Virus record (IMG/VR): IMGVR_UViG_3300009678_000034
Location: 1-40,023 of that record
DNA length: 40,023 bases
Origin: a virus
Lineage: Duplodnaviria; Caudoviricetes
Reading direction: 5' to 3' (one strand)
Shown here: positions 27,047 through 36,313 of the stretch, piece by piece
Numbering within the stretch: position 1 is the stretch's first letter
Layout: each line of letters opens with the position of its first letter
Position numbers and translations under genes: made by a program
Notes under the pieces: model-generated
What the model was told of the DNA's origin: nothing
The model's input: only the letters and a program-made list of their open reading frames with translations
The model's database searches: none

Positions 27047-27441
27047 CCCGGGAAAGCTCCTCCGGAAACATGCGCCCGGGGCCTTGCCCGGCACAGCTCC
27101 CGGCGGCCAATGACCCCAGGCGGCGCAAGCAAGGACTGAAAACTACGCCACTTGGGACATAGCCCGGATCGTCACCCAGGGCCGCGCCGCGCGGCCCGTA
27201 GGGCGGAGACGCGGTTCCTCCGCGGCTCCGGGAGCGAGTCCGCGAGCGACTAGAGCCGGTGAACGCTCCCGATCGTTCCGGCCCCGTAATGAAAAAAGGT
27301 CCGCTAAACGGAACGACATTTCTGCAACACTTGCCCCCTATCCCCTTGACCAGGCACGTGGCATATCTTTCACACTTGACAGAATCCATCCACAAGCGCC
27401 CCGCTTCCCCCTCGCGCGCGCGCCCATCCCAGAGCCAAGCG

Positions 27442-27867
27442 ATGTCAAGCACAGAGCCGCCGCCGCCAGCCGCCCAGAACGATGCACAACTCGGCGAGAT
27501 CCTCCCTCCCCTCGTCACCAAAGCCTCCGCCGAACGCAAGATCTCCCGCAAACTCCGCTACGCAATCGGGCAGGTTGCTCTCGGCTCCTCCATCTGTGCC
27601 GCCGCCAAAGCCGCCGGCATGCACCGCAACGGCCTCACCGATGCCCTCAAGCGTCCGCAAGTCATTGCCATGCTTGAGCAAACCATCCGCTCCAACCTCG
27701 CCGCCTCCGCCGGCAAAGCAGCCATGCGGCTCGATAGCCTGATCACAAGCGCTCGAAGCGAATACGTGCAGCTCGAAGCGAGCAAGGCTGTTTTGGACCG
27801 CGCAGGCTATGGAACTGTGGCTACTACGGGCGTTGCGGGCGACGTCGTGATCCAGATCAACCTCTAG
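27442..27867 (+). CDS. terS: Probable terminase small subunit
   Basis: HTH (ICAAAKAAGMHRNGL), helical core, ASKAVLDRAGY, C-terminal VVIQINL strand; upstream of TerL. Confidence 0.7.
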   Translation: MSSTEPPPPAAQNDAQLGEILPPLVTKASAERKISRKLRYAIGQVALGSSICAAAKAAGMHRNGLTDALKRPQVIAMLEQTIRSNLAASAGKAAMRLDSLITSARSEYVQLEASKAVLDRAGYGTVATTGVAGDVVIQINL

Positions 27868-28241
27868 CGTAGGTTGCACCTACCCCCAAGGGGGGCGGGG
27901 TCTCCTGGTCTTCGCTGGCGCTTCCCCAGAAGCGCCTGCGCTGCAGGCACGTCCTGCTCTGTCCTCGCGCTCACCGGTGGTGAGCGCTCGGGGTTATGGG
28001 CCTGCATCAGGCCTTTCTTGCGTGCCACAGGCGAAGAGGTCGGGAACCACGGCGAGGGAGACCCCCGGCGAAGACGGGGGTCGAAAACGAGCACGTGGTC
28101 CGGGGACCCCGCTCCCCCTCCATAAGTTTCCCTCAAAAAGCGCCCGGTAGTTTTTCCCGGCGAAGGTGATCAACGCTGGGCTGCAGCGGGATTACTTTCT
28201 CGACCGGTTATTCATGCCTCTGGGCGGCGGCGGCGGCGGCA

Positions 28242-28613
28242 TTAGGGAGTGTAATGAGCTACCGGGTTACAACCGGGGCAGGATTCTTCTGCCCTTTTGG
28301 TGAGAGTTGCGACTGTGGCACAGGCGCTTTCGGCGATTCGTGCCAGGGCCTGGAAGCGTCTGCTGGTGTGCTGGAGGGAGGCGAGTTGGGAGCGTTTCGG
28401 CTTGATCGTAACGACGGCCAAGACCCGTTTCGGGTCGTGTTTGGCGCGTTTGAGGATGACGGCGTGTCCGAGGAGCTCGCCGTGGGCGGCGCGGGCGGAG
28501 CGGATGGCGACGATGGTCTTGATGCCGTGCCAGTTCTTGCGGCGGACGAGGATGACGGTTTCGCCGATCTTGAAGGGGTGGCGGTGCGCGTCGTCGATCC
28601 AGTGGGAGGCCAT
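28242..28613 (-). CDS. Hypothetical protein, inverted relative to its neighbours
   Basis: GAGG RBS and very C3-rich codons; ORF 28254..28661 (+) reads as its antisense shadow. Confidence 0.45.
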   Translation of the reverse strand: MASHWIDDAHRHPFKIGETVILVRRKNWHGIKTIVAIRSARAAHGELLGHAVILKRAKHDPKRVLAVVTIKPKRSQLASLQHTSRRFQALARIAESACATVATLTKRAEESCPGCNPVAHYTP

Positions 28614-28678
28614 GGTGCTTGTCCTCGGGTGGAAGCCTTCTGCATACTTGCAGAGCGGTGATGATCGAGGAAGCGCCC

Positions 28679-28939
28679 ATGGCGTTGCGGGCGGTGATGG
28701 GACCTGCGGAAGTGACGTTGCGTGCCGAGCGTTTCGCGGTGCTCAGCGTGGAGATCGACGTGGCGTGGCAGCCGGCCGAGGATTTCACGCAGCGCTATGT
28801 CGGCATCCTGGATGCGCTCTCGCGGCTGGTGGAGGTGGCGGGGGTGAGGCAGGCCTCGTACAGCTGCACGTCGCGGCCGGAGCGGAGGCTCACCACGATC
28901 GTGCTCGAGGGCCGGGTGCCGGTGGAGCCGGAGTCGTGA
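28679..28939 (+). CDS. Hypothetical protein
   Basis: GAGG RBS; GTGA overlap with the terL start. Confidence 0.55.
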   Translation: MALRAVMGPAEVTLRAERFAVLSVEIDVAWQPAEDFTQRYVGILDALSRLVEVAGVRQASYSCTSRPERRLTTIVLEGRVPVEPES

Positions 28940-30507
28940 CGAAGCCGCCGCCGCCGGTCGCCCATACCTTGAAATACGAGCCGCCGGGCGAGACCATCCG
29001 GGCTTTCATGCGCTCCGACGCCTGGGTGCGCGGAATCAGGGGACCTGTCGGCTCCGCCAAGAGCTCGGCGTGCGTGATCGAGATCTTCAGGCGGGCGCTC
29101 GGCCAGGCGAAGGACCAGAGCGGCCTGCGGCGCAGCCGCGCTCTCGTCATCCGCAACACCGGTCCCGAGCTCAAGACCACGACGATCAAGACCTGGCTCG
29201 ACTGGCTGCCCGAGCGCGTGTTCGGCCGCTTCAACTGGAGCCCGCCGTATTCGCATCGCATCTTGAAGGGCGAGATCGACCTCGAGGTGATCTTCCTGGC
29301 GCTCGACAGCGAGGACGATCAGCGCAAATTGCTTTCGCTCGAATGCACCTTCGCCTGGATCAACGAGGCGCGCGAGATCCCGAAGGCGGTGCTCGACACG
29401 CTCACCTCGCGCGTCGGGCGCTTTCCGTCCATGAAGGACGGCGGCTGCACCTGGGCGGGTATCATCATGGACACGAATGCCATGGAGCCCGACCACTGGT
29501 GGCCGCAGATGAGCGGCGAGGCGCCGGTGCCGGAGGACGCGGACCCGGTCGACGCCGAGGCGATGGTGAAGCCGCCGGGCTGGGAGTTCTTCGTGCAGCC
29601 GCCGGGCATGCTGGAGGTGAGGGACGGCCGCGGCGAGTTCGTGCGCTACGAGGACAATCCGGGCGCGGAGAACAAGGCCAACCTGCATCCCGAGTACTAC
29701 GCGCGCATGACCAGCGGCAAGATGCGCAGCTGGGTCAATATCTACGTGATGAACCGGCTCGGCGTGACGACCGATGGCAAGGTGGTCTACCCGACGTTCC
29801 GGGACGACAAGCACGTCGCGGTGAAGAAGCTGCAGCCGATTCCGAGCCTGCCGCTCCTGGTGGGCGTCGACTTCGGACTGACGCCGGCGGCGGTGATCGG
29901 GCAGCGGCTCCGCGGCCGCTTCCTCATCTTGAAGGAGGTCGTCGCGACCGAGATGGGCGCGGTGCGCTTCGCGGCGCACTTGAAGGGCGTGCTGGCGGAA
30001 ATGCTCGGCGACATGGAGCGGCGCCTCGACGGCGGCCCGACCGGCGATCTCGGCGCCAGCATCTGGGGCGATCCCGCCGGCGACCAGCGCGCCCAGACCG
30101 ACGAGGAGACGCCCTTCATGATCTTCAGGGCGGCCGGCCTTCCCATCGTGCCGGCGCCCTCGAACGACTTCGTGATGCGCATCGAGTCCGTGACGCTGCT
30201 GCTCGAGCGCATGGTCGACGGCGAGACCGCGCTGCTGCTCGATCCATCCTGTCGCATTCTCCGCGCCGGCTTCGCGCGCGGCTATGCCTATCCGAAGGTC
30301 GCGGCCTCCGGCGGAGCGCGCTATGCCGACCGGCCGAAAAAGGACCGCTACTCTCACCCGCACGACGCGCTCCAGTATCTCGTGCTGGGTGCCGGCGTCG
30401 GGCACCAGCTCATCACGCGCCCTGGCGCGAAGATCAGGCCCATCGTGGCGCCGCGCGGCGGTAACATCTGGCAGCGGCGCGAGGCTGCCCGGTCCCGCTA
30501 TCGATGA
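28936..30507 (+). CDS. terL: Terminase large subunit
   Basis: Walker A GPVGSAKS, Walker B AWINEARE, coupling motif DTN, nuclease GVDFGLTP...SHPHDALQY. GTG start at 28936. Confidence 0.95.
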   Translation: MTKPPPPVAHTLKYEPPGETIRAFMRSDAWVRGIRGPVGSAKSSACVIEIFRRALGQAKDQSGLRRSRALVIRNTGPELKTTTIKTWLDWLPERVFGRFNWSPPYSHRILKGEIDLEVIFLALDSEDDQRKLLSLECTFAWINEAREIPKAVLDTLTSRVGRFPSMKDGGCTWAGIIMDTNAMEPDHWWPQMSGEAPVPEDADPVDAEAMVKPPGWEFFVQPPGMLEVRDGRGEFVRYEDNPGAENKANLHPEYYARMTSGKMRSWVNIYVMNRLGVTTDGKVVYPTFRDDKHVAVKKLQPIPSLPLLVGVDFGLTPAAVIGQRLRGRFLILKEVVATEMGAVRFAAHLKGVLAEMLGDMERRLDGGPTGDLGASIWGDPAGDQRAQTDEETPFMIFRAAGLPIVPAPSNDFVMRIESVTLLLERMVDGETALLLDPSCRILRAGFARGYAYPKVAASGGARYADRPKKDRYSHPHDALQYLVLGAGVGHQLITRPGAKIRPIVAPRGGNIWQRREAARSRYR

Positions 30508-30514
30508 GCACGCG

Positions 30515-30709
30515 ATGCGCATCTTCTACAAGTGCGACTGCATGACGGCCGAGGTCGGCATCGAGTTGCGCGAGCGCTCCGATCACGAGGACGTCGGCGC
30601 CTGGGCGCGCGAGATCAAGCAGGCTCTGGCGGCCGATCACGACAAGCGCTCGCCGCGCTGCGTGCGCGCCTCGACCCTGCTGCTGCGCGGCCACATGATG
30701 TCCGAGTAG
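30515..30709 (+). CDS. Hypothetical protein
   Basis: MRIFYKCDC...HDKRSPRC. Confidence 0.5.
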   Translation: MRIFYKCDCMTAEVGIELRERSDHEDVGAWAREIKQALAADHDKRSPRCVRASTLLLRGHMMSE

Positions 30710-30712
30710 CCG

Positions 30713-31177
30713 GTGGAGCGCATCGGCACGCCGGCCTCGCTCGGCGGCAACGCCGAGACCTGGCTCGTCGTCTTCCTCGACACCCTCGCCCCGCGGCGCT
30801 GGTGGCACCGCCGGCTCAGGCCCGGCTACGGCCACTGCCTCGCCTTCGGCTACGACGGCCGCTGCTGGCTGCAGGTCGATTGCCTGTTCAACTTGCTCGA
30901 CGTGCGCTCCTTCACCAGCGCCGAGATGCCGGTCGTGCTCGAGAATCTGGCGCTGCAGGGCGCCACCTGCCTGGGGCTGGAGCGCGAGATCGGCAAGGTG
31001 CGGCCGCGCGTCTTCTTCTACTGCGTCTCGACCGTCAAGCACCTGCTCGGGTTGCAGTCTCTCGCCATGACCCCCTGGCAGCTGTATTGTGCGCTCGAAC
31101 GGCGCGGCGCCCGCAAGATCGATCTGGGCGTATTGCTCGAAAGCGATACGCCCTTCAAGGAGGCTCTCCTGCCATGA
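30713..31177 (+). CDS. Permuted papain-like (NlpC/P60-type) peptidase candidate
   Basis: His precedes Cys: GYGHCLAF...FFYCVSTVKHLLG...TPWQLY. Confidence 0.55.
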   Translation: MERIGTPASLGGNAETWLVVFLDTLAPRRWWHRRLRPGYGHCLAFGYDGRCWLQVDCLFNLLDVRSFTSAEMPVVLENLALQGATCLGLEREIGKVRPRVFFYCVSTVKHLLGLQSLAMTPWQLYCALERRGARKIDLGVLLESDTPFKEALLP

Positions 31178-31398
31178 GCACCCACGTCATGATCGCCAGC
31201 CCGAGCAACAGCCTGCACGGCCTGCTGGTCTGGACCGAGAAATGCGATGCCGACGGCAACTGGAACCGGGTCGGCGAGCCGGTAGCCGTGGCCTCGAACG
31301 AGACCGCGGCGCCGCTCTACGCCGACGCCCGTACCCGCTTCGTGGTCGAGGAAGCAGCCCGCGCCCAGCCCGACAACACCCTGCCGGGGACCAAGTAG
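31174..31398 (+). CDS. Hypothetical protein
   Basis: AAGGAGG RBS; ATGA-coupled. Confidence 0.6.
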   Translation: MSTHVMIASPSNSLHGLLVWTEKCDADGNWNRVGEPVAVASNETAAPLYADARTRFVVEEAARAQPDNTLPGTK

Positions 31399-31665
31399 AT
31401 GGGCTCGCTGTTCGGCGGCGGCGGCAAGGCCGCCAGGATGCAGGAGGAAGCCGCGCGCCAGCAGGCCGCGGCGCTCAAGCAGCAGACCGAGCTGGAGGCC
31501 AAGCAGGAGGCCGAGCGCGAGGAGCTCAAGGCCGAGGAGGACAAGACCAAGGAGGACCTCGAGACCCGCCGCCGGCGGCTCGCGTCGGGCCTGATCGGCC
31601 GGCGCTCGCTGTTCACCGCCGACGAGACCGGCTATGCGAGGCCCTCGACGCTCGGAGCCATGTGA
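31399..31665 (+). CDS. Small virion protein (positional analogue of T7 gp7.3)
   Basis: MGSLFGGGGK, coiled coil and GRRSLF motif; upstream of the portal. Confidence 0.65.
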   Translation: MGSLFGGGGKAARMQEEAARQQAAALKQQTELEAKQEAEREELKAEEDKTKEDLETRRRRLASGLIGRRSLFTADETGYARPSTLGAM

Positions 31666-31904
31666 TGGGCGACACCGCGGGCGCCCCGCCGCGCCGTCCG
31701 AATCTCCAGTCGCAGCAGCAGACCATGGCCGCGACGCCGGGCGCCCAGGCGATCGCCGAGCAGGCCGCGGCCACGCCCGACTCGGGCTTCGACCCGCTGA
31801 TGGAAACCAAGAAGCGCATCGCCAGCGGCATGGCCGGACGGCGCTCCCTGTTCGGCGCCGGCAGCCCGCAGTCGCCGCTTGCCTCTGTACTCGGTGCCGG
31901 CTGA
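31665..31904 (+). CDS. Small virion protein, paralogue of the preceding gene
   Basis: KKRIASGMAGRRSLF; TGATG coupling. Confidence 0.6.
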   Translation: MGDTAGAPPRRPNLQSQQQTMAATPGAQAIAEQAAATPDSGFDPLMETKKRIASGMAGRRSLFGAGSPQSPLASVLGAG

Positions 31905-32338
31905 TGCCCGCAGTCAAGATCAAACATGACGACGACGGCGGCGACGTTGTCCCGTCGAGCATGGTGCGCGACAAGCTCTATAGCGGCGAGGACGCGTACT
32001 TCAGGGCCAATCCCCACGTTGCTGGCATGGCGGCCGACGACGACATGGTGATCCTCAATCCCTATTCGTCGAAATCGGTCAATCGCAAGGCCGTGATGCT
32101 CAATGAGGCCGCGCGCATCGTCATGCGCACCGAAAATCTGACGCCCGACTTCGACCTGACGCCCGAGCAACGCCGCAGCCTTGCCGGCACCGACTACGAG
32201 AACGCCTCGCCTGACGACCAGCGTGCCACTATTGCCGCGCGCATCATGTCGGGTGATCCCAGCGGCGGCCGTCCGACCTCGCCGCAGTCCCAGTTCATCG
32301 TCCAAGTGCGCAACGCGCTGCGCAAGCGAGCTCGCTGA
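31904..32338 (+). CDS. Hypothetical protein
   Basis: TGATG coupling on both sides; YFRANPHVAGMAADD...LNEAARI. Confidence 0.65.
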   Translation: MPAVKIKHDDDGGDVVPSSMVRDKLYSGEDAYFRANPHVAGMAADDDMVILNPYSSKSVNRKAVMLNEAARIVMRTENLTPDFDLTPEQRRSLAGTDYENASPDDQRATIAARIMSGDPSGGRPTSPQSQFIVQVRNALRKRAR

Positions 32339-33966
32339 TGCCCGACGCTTCGTCATACGCATCCTCTCCAGGCGGCGGCGGCGGCGGCTCTTCCTCGCCG
32401 GACGACAAGCTCGGCCGCCTGATGCGCCGCTTCCAGCAGGCCAAGACCGACCACCAGCACTGGCACGATCTCTGGGACCAGTGCTACACGTTCGCGCTGC
32501 CCGCGCGGAAGGGCTTCACCGACACCAAGACCGACGGGCGCAAGCTCACCGACCGCATCTTCGACATGACGGCGGCGGTCAGCCTCCAGGAGTTCGCCAG
32601 CCGTCTGCAAGCGGGAATGACGCCGACGTTCGCCCGTTGGAGCAAGCTTATGCCCGGCGAGCAGATCGCCGAGCAGGACCGCGCCGCGGTCGAAAGCAAC
32701 CTCGAGAAAATCACCGAGGCCGTCTACCGCGTCATCCACCGCTCCAACTTCGACAGCCAGATCCACGAGTGCTATCTCGATCTCGGCGTCGGCACCGGCT
32801 CGCTGCTCGCCGACGAGGACGAGCAGGAGCTCGTGCGCTTCACCGCCGTGCCGCTCACCGAGGTCTATCTCGACCGCGGACCCTTCGACAGCCTCGACGG
32901 CCGCTTCCGCTATCGCGAGATGACCGTGCGCGAGTTCAAGCAGACCTGGCCCAAGGCCAGCCTGCCCGACGGCTTGCGCGAGAACAGCGATAGCGTGCTC
33001 GAGCGCAAGGTCTGCGTGGTCGAGAGCACCACGCGCGACTGGAACGAGCGCGACGACGAGGTCCACCAGTACTGCGTCATCCTGGAGAAGGAGCGCCACG
33101 TCGCCTTCGAGGCCGAGTACCGCGGCGCCGGCAGCTGCCCGTGGATCAATTTCAGATGGAGCAAGGCCGCTGGCGAGACCTATGGCCGCGGACCTCTTCT
33201 TCTCGCTCTGCCCGACGTCAAGGTCGCCAACCTCGTGGTCGAGATGACGCTCGACTACGCCGAGCTCGCCCTCGCCGGCCTGTGGCAGGCCGACGACGAC
33301 GGCGTGATGAATCCCGACACCATCACGCTCACGCCCGGCACCATCATTCCCGTGGCCGCCAACAGCCGCGGCCTCCAGCCGCTCCAGCCGCCCGGCCAGT
33401 TCGACGTCAGCCAGCTGCTGCTCGAGAACCTCCGCGGCAACATCAAGCGCGCGCTCTACGACGAGATGCTCGGGCCGCCGACCGGCACGCCCATGAGCGC
33501 CACCGAGGTCAGCGAGCGCAGCGCCGATCTCTACCGCCGCATCGGATCGGCCTATGGCCGCCTCCAGCAGGAGCTCGTCCAGCCGATCATCCGCCGCGTG
33601 CTCTACATCCTGCGCAAGCGCGGCCTCGTGAAGGTGCCCTCGCTCGGCAAGGGCATGATCGAGGTCCACAGCGTCTCGCCGCTCGCCAGCGCGCAGGCCC
33701 AGGAGGACGTGCTCAAGTTCCAGCAGTTCGCCGCCATGATCGCCGGCACCTTCGGACCCCAGATGGTCCCGATGTTGATTAAACCGGGACCAACAGTGGA
33801 CTGGCTCGCCCAGCAGCAGGGCGTCGCCAAGGACAAGCTCTACACCGAGCAGGAGCAGCAGGCGCTGCTGCAACAGATCCAGGGGATGGCCGGCGGCCTG
33901 GCCGGCAACCCGCAAGGCGGCGGAGGCGCACCTCCCGGAGGCGCTCCGCCGGGAGCACCCGCATGA
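32338..33966 (+). CDS. Portal protein (head-tail connector, T7 gp8-like)
   Basis: YLDLGVGTG, RWSKAAGETYGRGP, MSATEVSER and YGRLQQELVQP motifs. Confidence 0.95.
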   Translation: MPDASSYASSPGGGGGGSSSPDDKLGRLMRRFQQAKTDHQHWHDLWDQCYTFALPARKGFTDTKTDGRKLTDRIFDMTAAVSLQEFASRLQAGMTPTFARWSKLMPGEQIAEQDRAAVESNLEKITEAVYRVIHRSNFDSQIHECYLDLGVGTGSLLADEDEQELVRFTAVPLTEVYLDRGPFDSLDGRFRYREMTVREFKQTWPKASLPDGLRENSDSVLERKVCVVESTTRDWNERDDEVHQYCVILEKERHVAFEAEYRGAGSCPWINFRWSKAAGETYGRGPLLLALPDVKVANLVVEMTLDYAELALAGLWQADDDGVMNPDTITLTPGTIIPVAANSRGLQPLQPPGQFDVSQLLLENLRGNIKRALYDEMLGPPTGTPMSATEVSERSADLYRRIGSAYGRLQQELVQPIIRRVLYILRKRGLVKVPSLGKGMIEVHSVSPLASAQAQEDVLKFQQFAAMIAGTFGPQMVPMLIKPGPTVDWLAQQQGVAKDKLYTEQEQQALLQQIQGMAGGLAGNPQGGGGAPPGGAPPGAPA

Positions 33967-34163
33967 TCGAACTCTTGGTGTGGCTGGCCATCCTCGCGAT
34001 CGTCGTGATCGCCGGCTGGTATGTCCTGAGCCAGGTGCCGCTGCCCGAGCCGATCCGCCGCATCGTGCTGATCGTGCTGGTCATCGTCGTCGCCGTGCTT
34101 GCCATCGGCGTCCTCCTGAATCTCACCGGCTATGGCGGCATTCCGCTGCGGCTGAACCGCTAG
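33963..34163 (+). CDS. Small two-TM membrane protein
   Basis: Two hydrophobic helices around PLPEPIRRI. Confidence 0.7.
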   Translation: MIELLVWLAILAIVVIAGWYVLSQVPLPEPIRRIVLIVLVIVVAVLAIGVLLNLTGYGGIPLRLNR

Positions 34164-34424
34164 ATGGCCGAGGAGCGCACGCCGCGCGAGCTCGGCCCCG
34201 ACGGCATCAGCCGCACCGCGGAGGCCGAGCGCATCCTCAACGGCCTGTTCGTCGCCGTGTTCAACAACCCCGAGGGCAAGCAGGTGCTCGACTACCTGCG
34301 CGCCTACACGCTCAACCGCATCAACGGCCCGGAAGTCTCGGGCCGCATGCTGCGCCACCACGAAGGCATGCGTTTTCTCTTTCATGTGATCGCGGCGCGC
34401 ATCGAACGAGGCATCAGACAATGA
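34164..34424 (+). CDS. Bbp19-like protein
   Basis: VFNNPEGKQVLDYL...HEGMRFL; lies between portal and scaffold. Confidence 0.7.
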   Translation: MAEERTPRELGPDGISRTAEAERILNGLFVAVFNNPEGKQVLDYLRAYTLNRINGPEVSGRMLRHHEGMRFLFHVIAARIERGIRQ

Positions 34425-35320
34425 ATATTCTCCGTGCCGCCGAGGGCGCCGCTTCAGGCTCCGCTGCATCGCCCGCGCCCGGGACTGCACCGGCTGCCGG
34501 CTCTGGCACGGAATCTCCCGCCGGACCCAGCGGCGCCGCGCCGGCGGGAGCTTCGCCCAACGGCAGCACGCCGCCGCCGGCCGCCCTCGCCCGGCCCGAA
34601 TACATCGAGGAGAAGTTCTGGGACCCGCGCTCCGGTGTGCGCGTCGAGGAGCTCGCCAAGTCCTACGGCGAGATCCAGCGCAAGTTCTCCACCCGCATGG
34701 ACGACCTCAAGAAGTCCGTGCGCTCCGAGATCGACAACGAGCGGCTCGGGCGGCGGCCGGCGGCGGCCGACAAGTACGTGGCCCAGCCGCCCAAGGGCCT
34801 GCTGCCCGAAGGCGCCGAGTTCAAGCCCGACATCAACAACCCGATGCTCAAGTGGTGGAACGAGCACGCCTGGAACAGCGGGCTCAGCCAGGAGGACTAC
34901 GAGAAAGGCATCGCTGTCTACATCGAGGCCCTGGGCTATCACCAGCCCGATCCTGCTGCCGAGATCAAGAAGCTCGGCGACAACGGCCACGAGCGCGTCA
35001 ATCGCGCTGCCGCCTGGGCCAAGGGCAACCTCAGCGACACCTCCTACAAGCTGGTCGAGCAGCTCGCCTCCACCGCCGACGGCGTCAAGCTGGTCGAGGA
35101 GCTCGTGCGCCTCAACAGCGGTCATGCCCAGGGTGCCGGCCCCGGCGGCGCCATCTCCGACGCGCCCTCGCTCGAAAGCCTGCAGCAGAAGATGAAGGAC
35201 CCGCGCTACTACGACCCGTTCAAGCGCGACCCGATCTTCGTGCGCGAGATCGAGGACGGCTTCAAGCGCCTCGTCGCCGCCGGTGGCGGGCGCAAGGCCA
35301 ACGTGCCCAGCAGCCGGTAG
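34421..35320 (+). CDS. Capsid scaffolding protein
   Basis: RPEYIEEKFWD...ELAKSYGEIQRK...MKDPRYY; immediately upstream of the capsid gene. Confidence 0.85.
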   Translation: MNILRAAEGAASGSAASPAPGTAPAAGSGTESPAGPSGAAPAGASPNGSTPPPAALARPEYIEEKFWDPRSGVRVEELAKSYGEIQRKFSTRMDDLKKSVRSEIDNERLGRRPAAADKYVAQPPKGLLPEGAEFKPDINNPMLKWWNEHAWNSGLSQEDYEKGIAVYIEALGYHQPDPAAEIKKLGDNGHERVNRAAAWAKGNLSDTSYKLVEQLASTADGVKLVEELVRLNSGHAQGAGPGGAISDAPSLESLQQKMKDPRYYDPFKRDPIFVREIEDGFKRLVAAGGGRKANVPSSR

Positions 35321-35492
35321 ACTTGGCAGCCCGCTGGCTGCCGTCCTATAGTGCCGGCGCAACCGCGGCCCCGCACAGGGTAGGCGGCCCGCAAGGCTAA
35401 CCGCTGATCCATCGCGACGGGACAACCGGGCTCAACCCCGTTTGAACCCAGACCCTAAGCGCTTCTGCGCTTAGGTCTTAAGAGGATCAGCC

Positions 35493-36308
35493 ATGTCGAC
35501 CAGCATCGACACCGTCTTCATGACGCAGTGGGACTCCGAAGTCTTCACTGCCTACCAGCGCAAGGGCTCGCTCCTGCGCGGCACCGTGCGCGAGAAAACC
35601 ATCGTGCCCGGCGAGACCGCCAAGTTCCCCAAGTACGGCACCGGCTCCGTCGGCGCCAAGGGCAAGCACGGCATGGTGCCCGTGATGAACGCCGCGCACT
35701 CGATCGTCACCACCACCGTCTCCGACTACTACGGCGGCGAGTACATCGACGATCTCGACGAGCTCAAGACCAACATCGACGAGCGCGGCCAGGCCGCCGG
35801 CGCGCTCGCTATGGCCGCCGGCCGCAAGGTCGACGAACGCATCATCGCCGCCGCCGAGGCGATCGCGGGCTTCACCATCCCGGTCGGTACCACCGGCCTC
35901 GACAAGCCGAAGATCCTCCAGCTCGTGCAGAAGTTCCACGAGGCCGACATTCCCGAGGACGGCCAGAAGTTCTGCATTGTGGCGCCCAAGGCCTGGACCG
36001 AGCTGCTCGATCTGGCCGAGGTCAAGAGCCGCGACTACCTCACCATCATGCCGTGGGCCGACGGCTACAAGATGCTCGATTTCCTGGGCATCAAGTGGAT
36101 GATGCACACCGGCCTCACCCTCGTCACCACCACCCGCACCGGCCTCGCCTGGCACCGCCCTGCGATGGGCAGCGCCTGGGTCGCCGATCTGCGCTCCAAC
36201 TTCGACTGGATCGCCGAGCGTGCCGCCTACTTCGCCCAGGTCCGCATCTCCATGGAGGCTGTGGGCATCGAGGCGGCGGGCGTGTTCAAGGTCGAGTGCA
36301 AGGAGTAA
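35493..36308 (+). CDS. Major capsid protein
   Basis: AYQRKGSLLRGTVR...YIDDLDELKTNIDER...AAGRKVDERII; follows the scaffold. Confidence 0.92.
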   Translation: MSTSIDTVFMTQWDSEVFTAYQRKGSLLRGTVREKTIVPGETAKFPKYGTGSVGAKGKHGMVPVMNAAHSIVTTTVSDYYGGEYIDDLDELKTNIDERGQAAGALAMAAGRKVDERIIAAAEAIAGFTIPVGTTGLDKPKILQLVQKFHEADIPEDGQKFCIVAPKAWTELLDLAEVKSRDYLTIMPWADGYKMLDFLGIKWMMHTGLTLVTTTRTGLAWHRPAMGSAWVADLRSNFDWIAERAAYFAQVRISMEAVGIEAAGVFKVECKE

Positions 36309-36313
36309 CCCAG

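Larger units (their letters stand above)
14088..27905 (+). promoter_or_regulatory. Dispersed asymmetric 12-bp motif RGCGGGGTCTYC, 11 copies in the same orientation
   Basis: Copies start at 14088, 15258, 15825, 18785, 20115, 21649, 22947, 23876, 25292, 26303 and 27894. Confidence 0.7.

Noticed and set aside
26526-27132. ORFs 26526..26864(+) and 26800..27132(-) with similar peptides (RGPWDGGCHP / RGPRDGGCHP)
   Set aside because: The similarity comes from the inverted repeat and breaks across frames; they are not convincing genes.
28297-28935. N-terminal 213-aa extension of TerL in the ORF track
   Set aside because: Not terminase-like and overlaps better ORFs; the GTG at 28936 is coupled to the upstream stop.
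6409-32388. Scattered (GGC)5-6/(GCC)5-6 runs
   Set aside because: Mostly poly-Ala/Gly/Pro codons in GC-rich DNA; they lack the 5-nt phase of the array.
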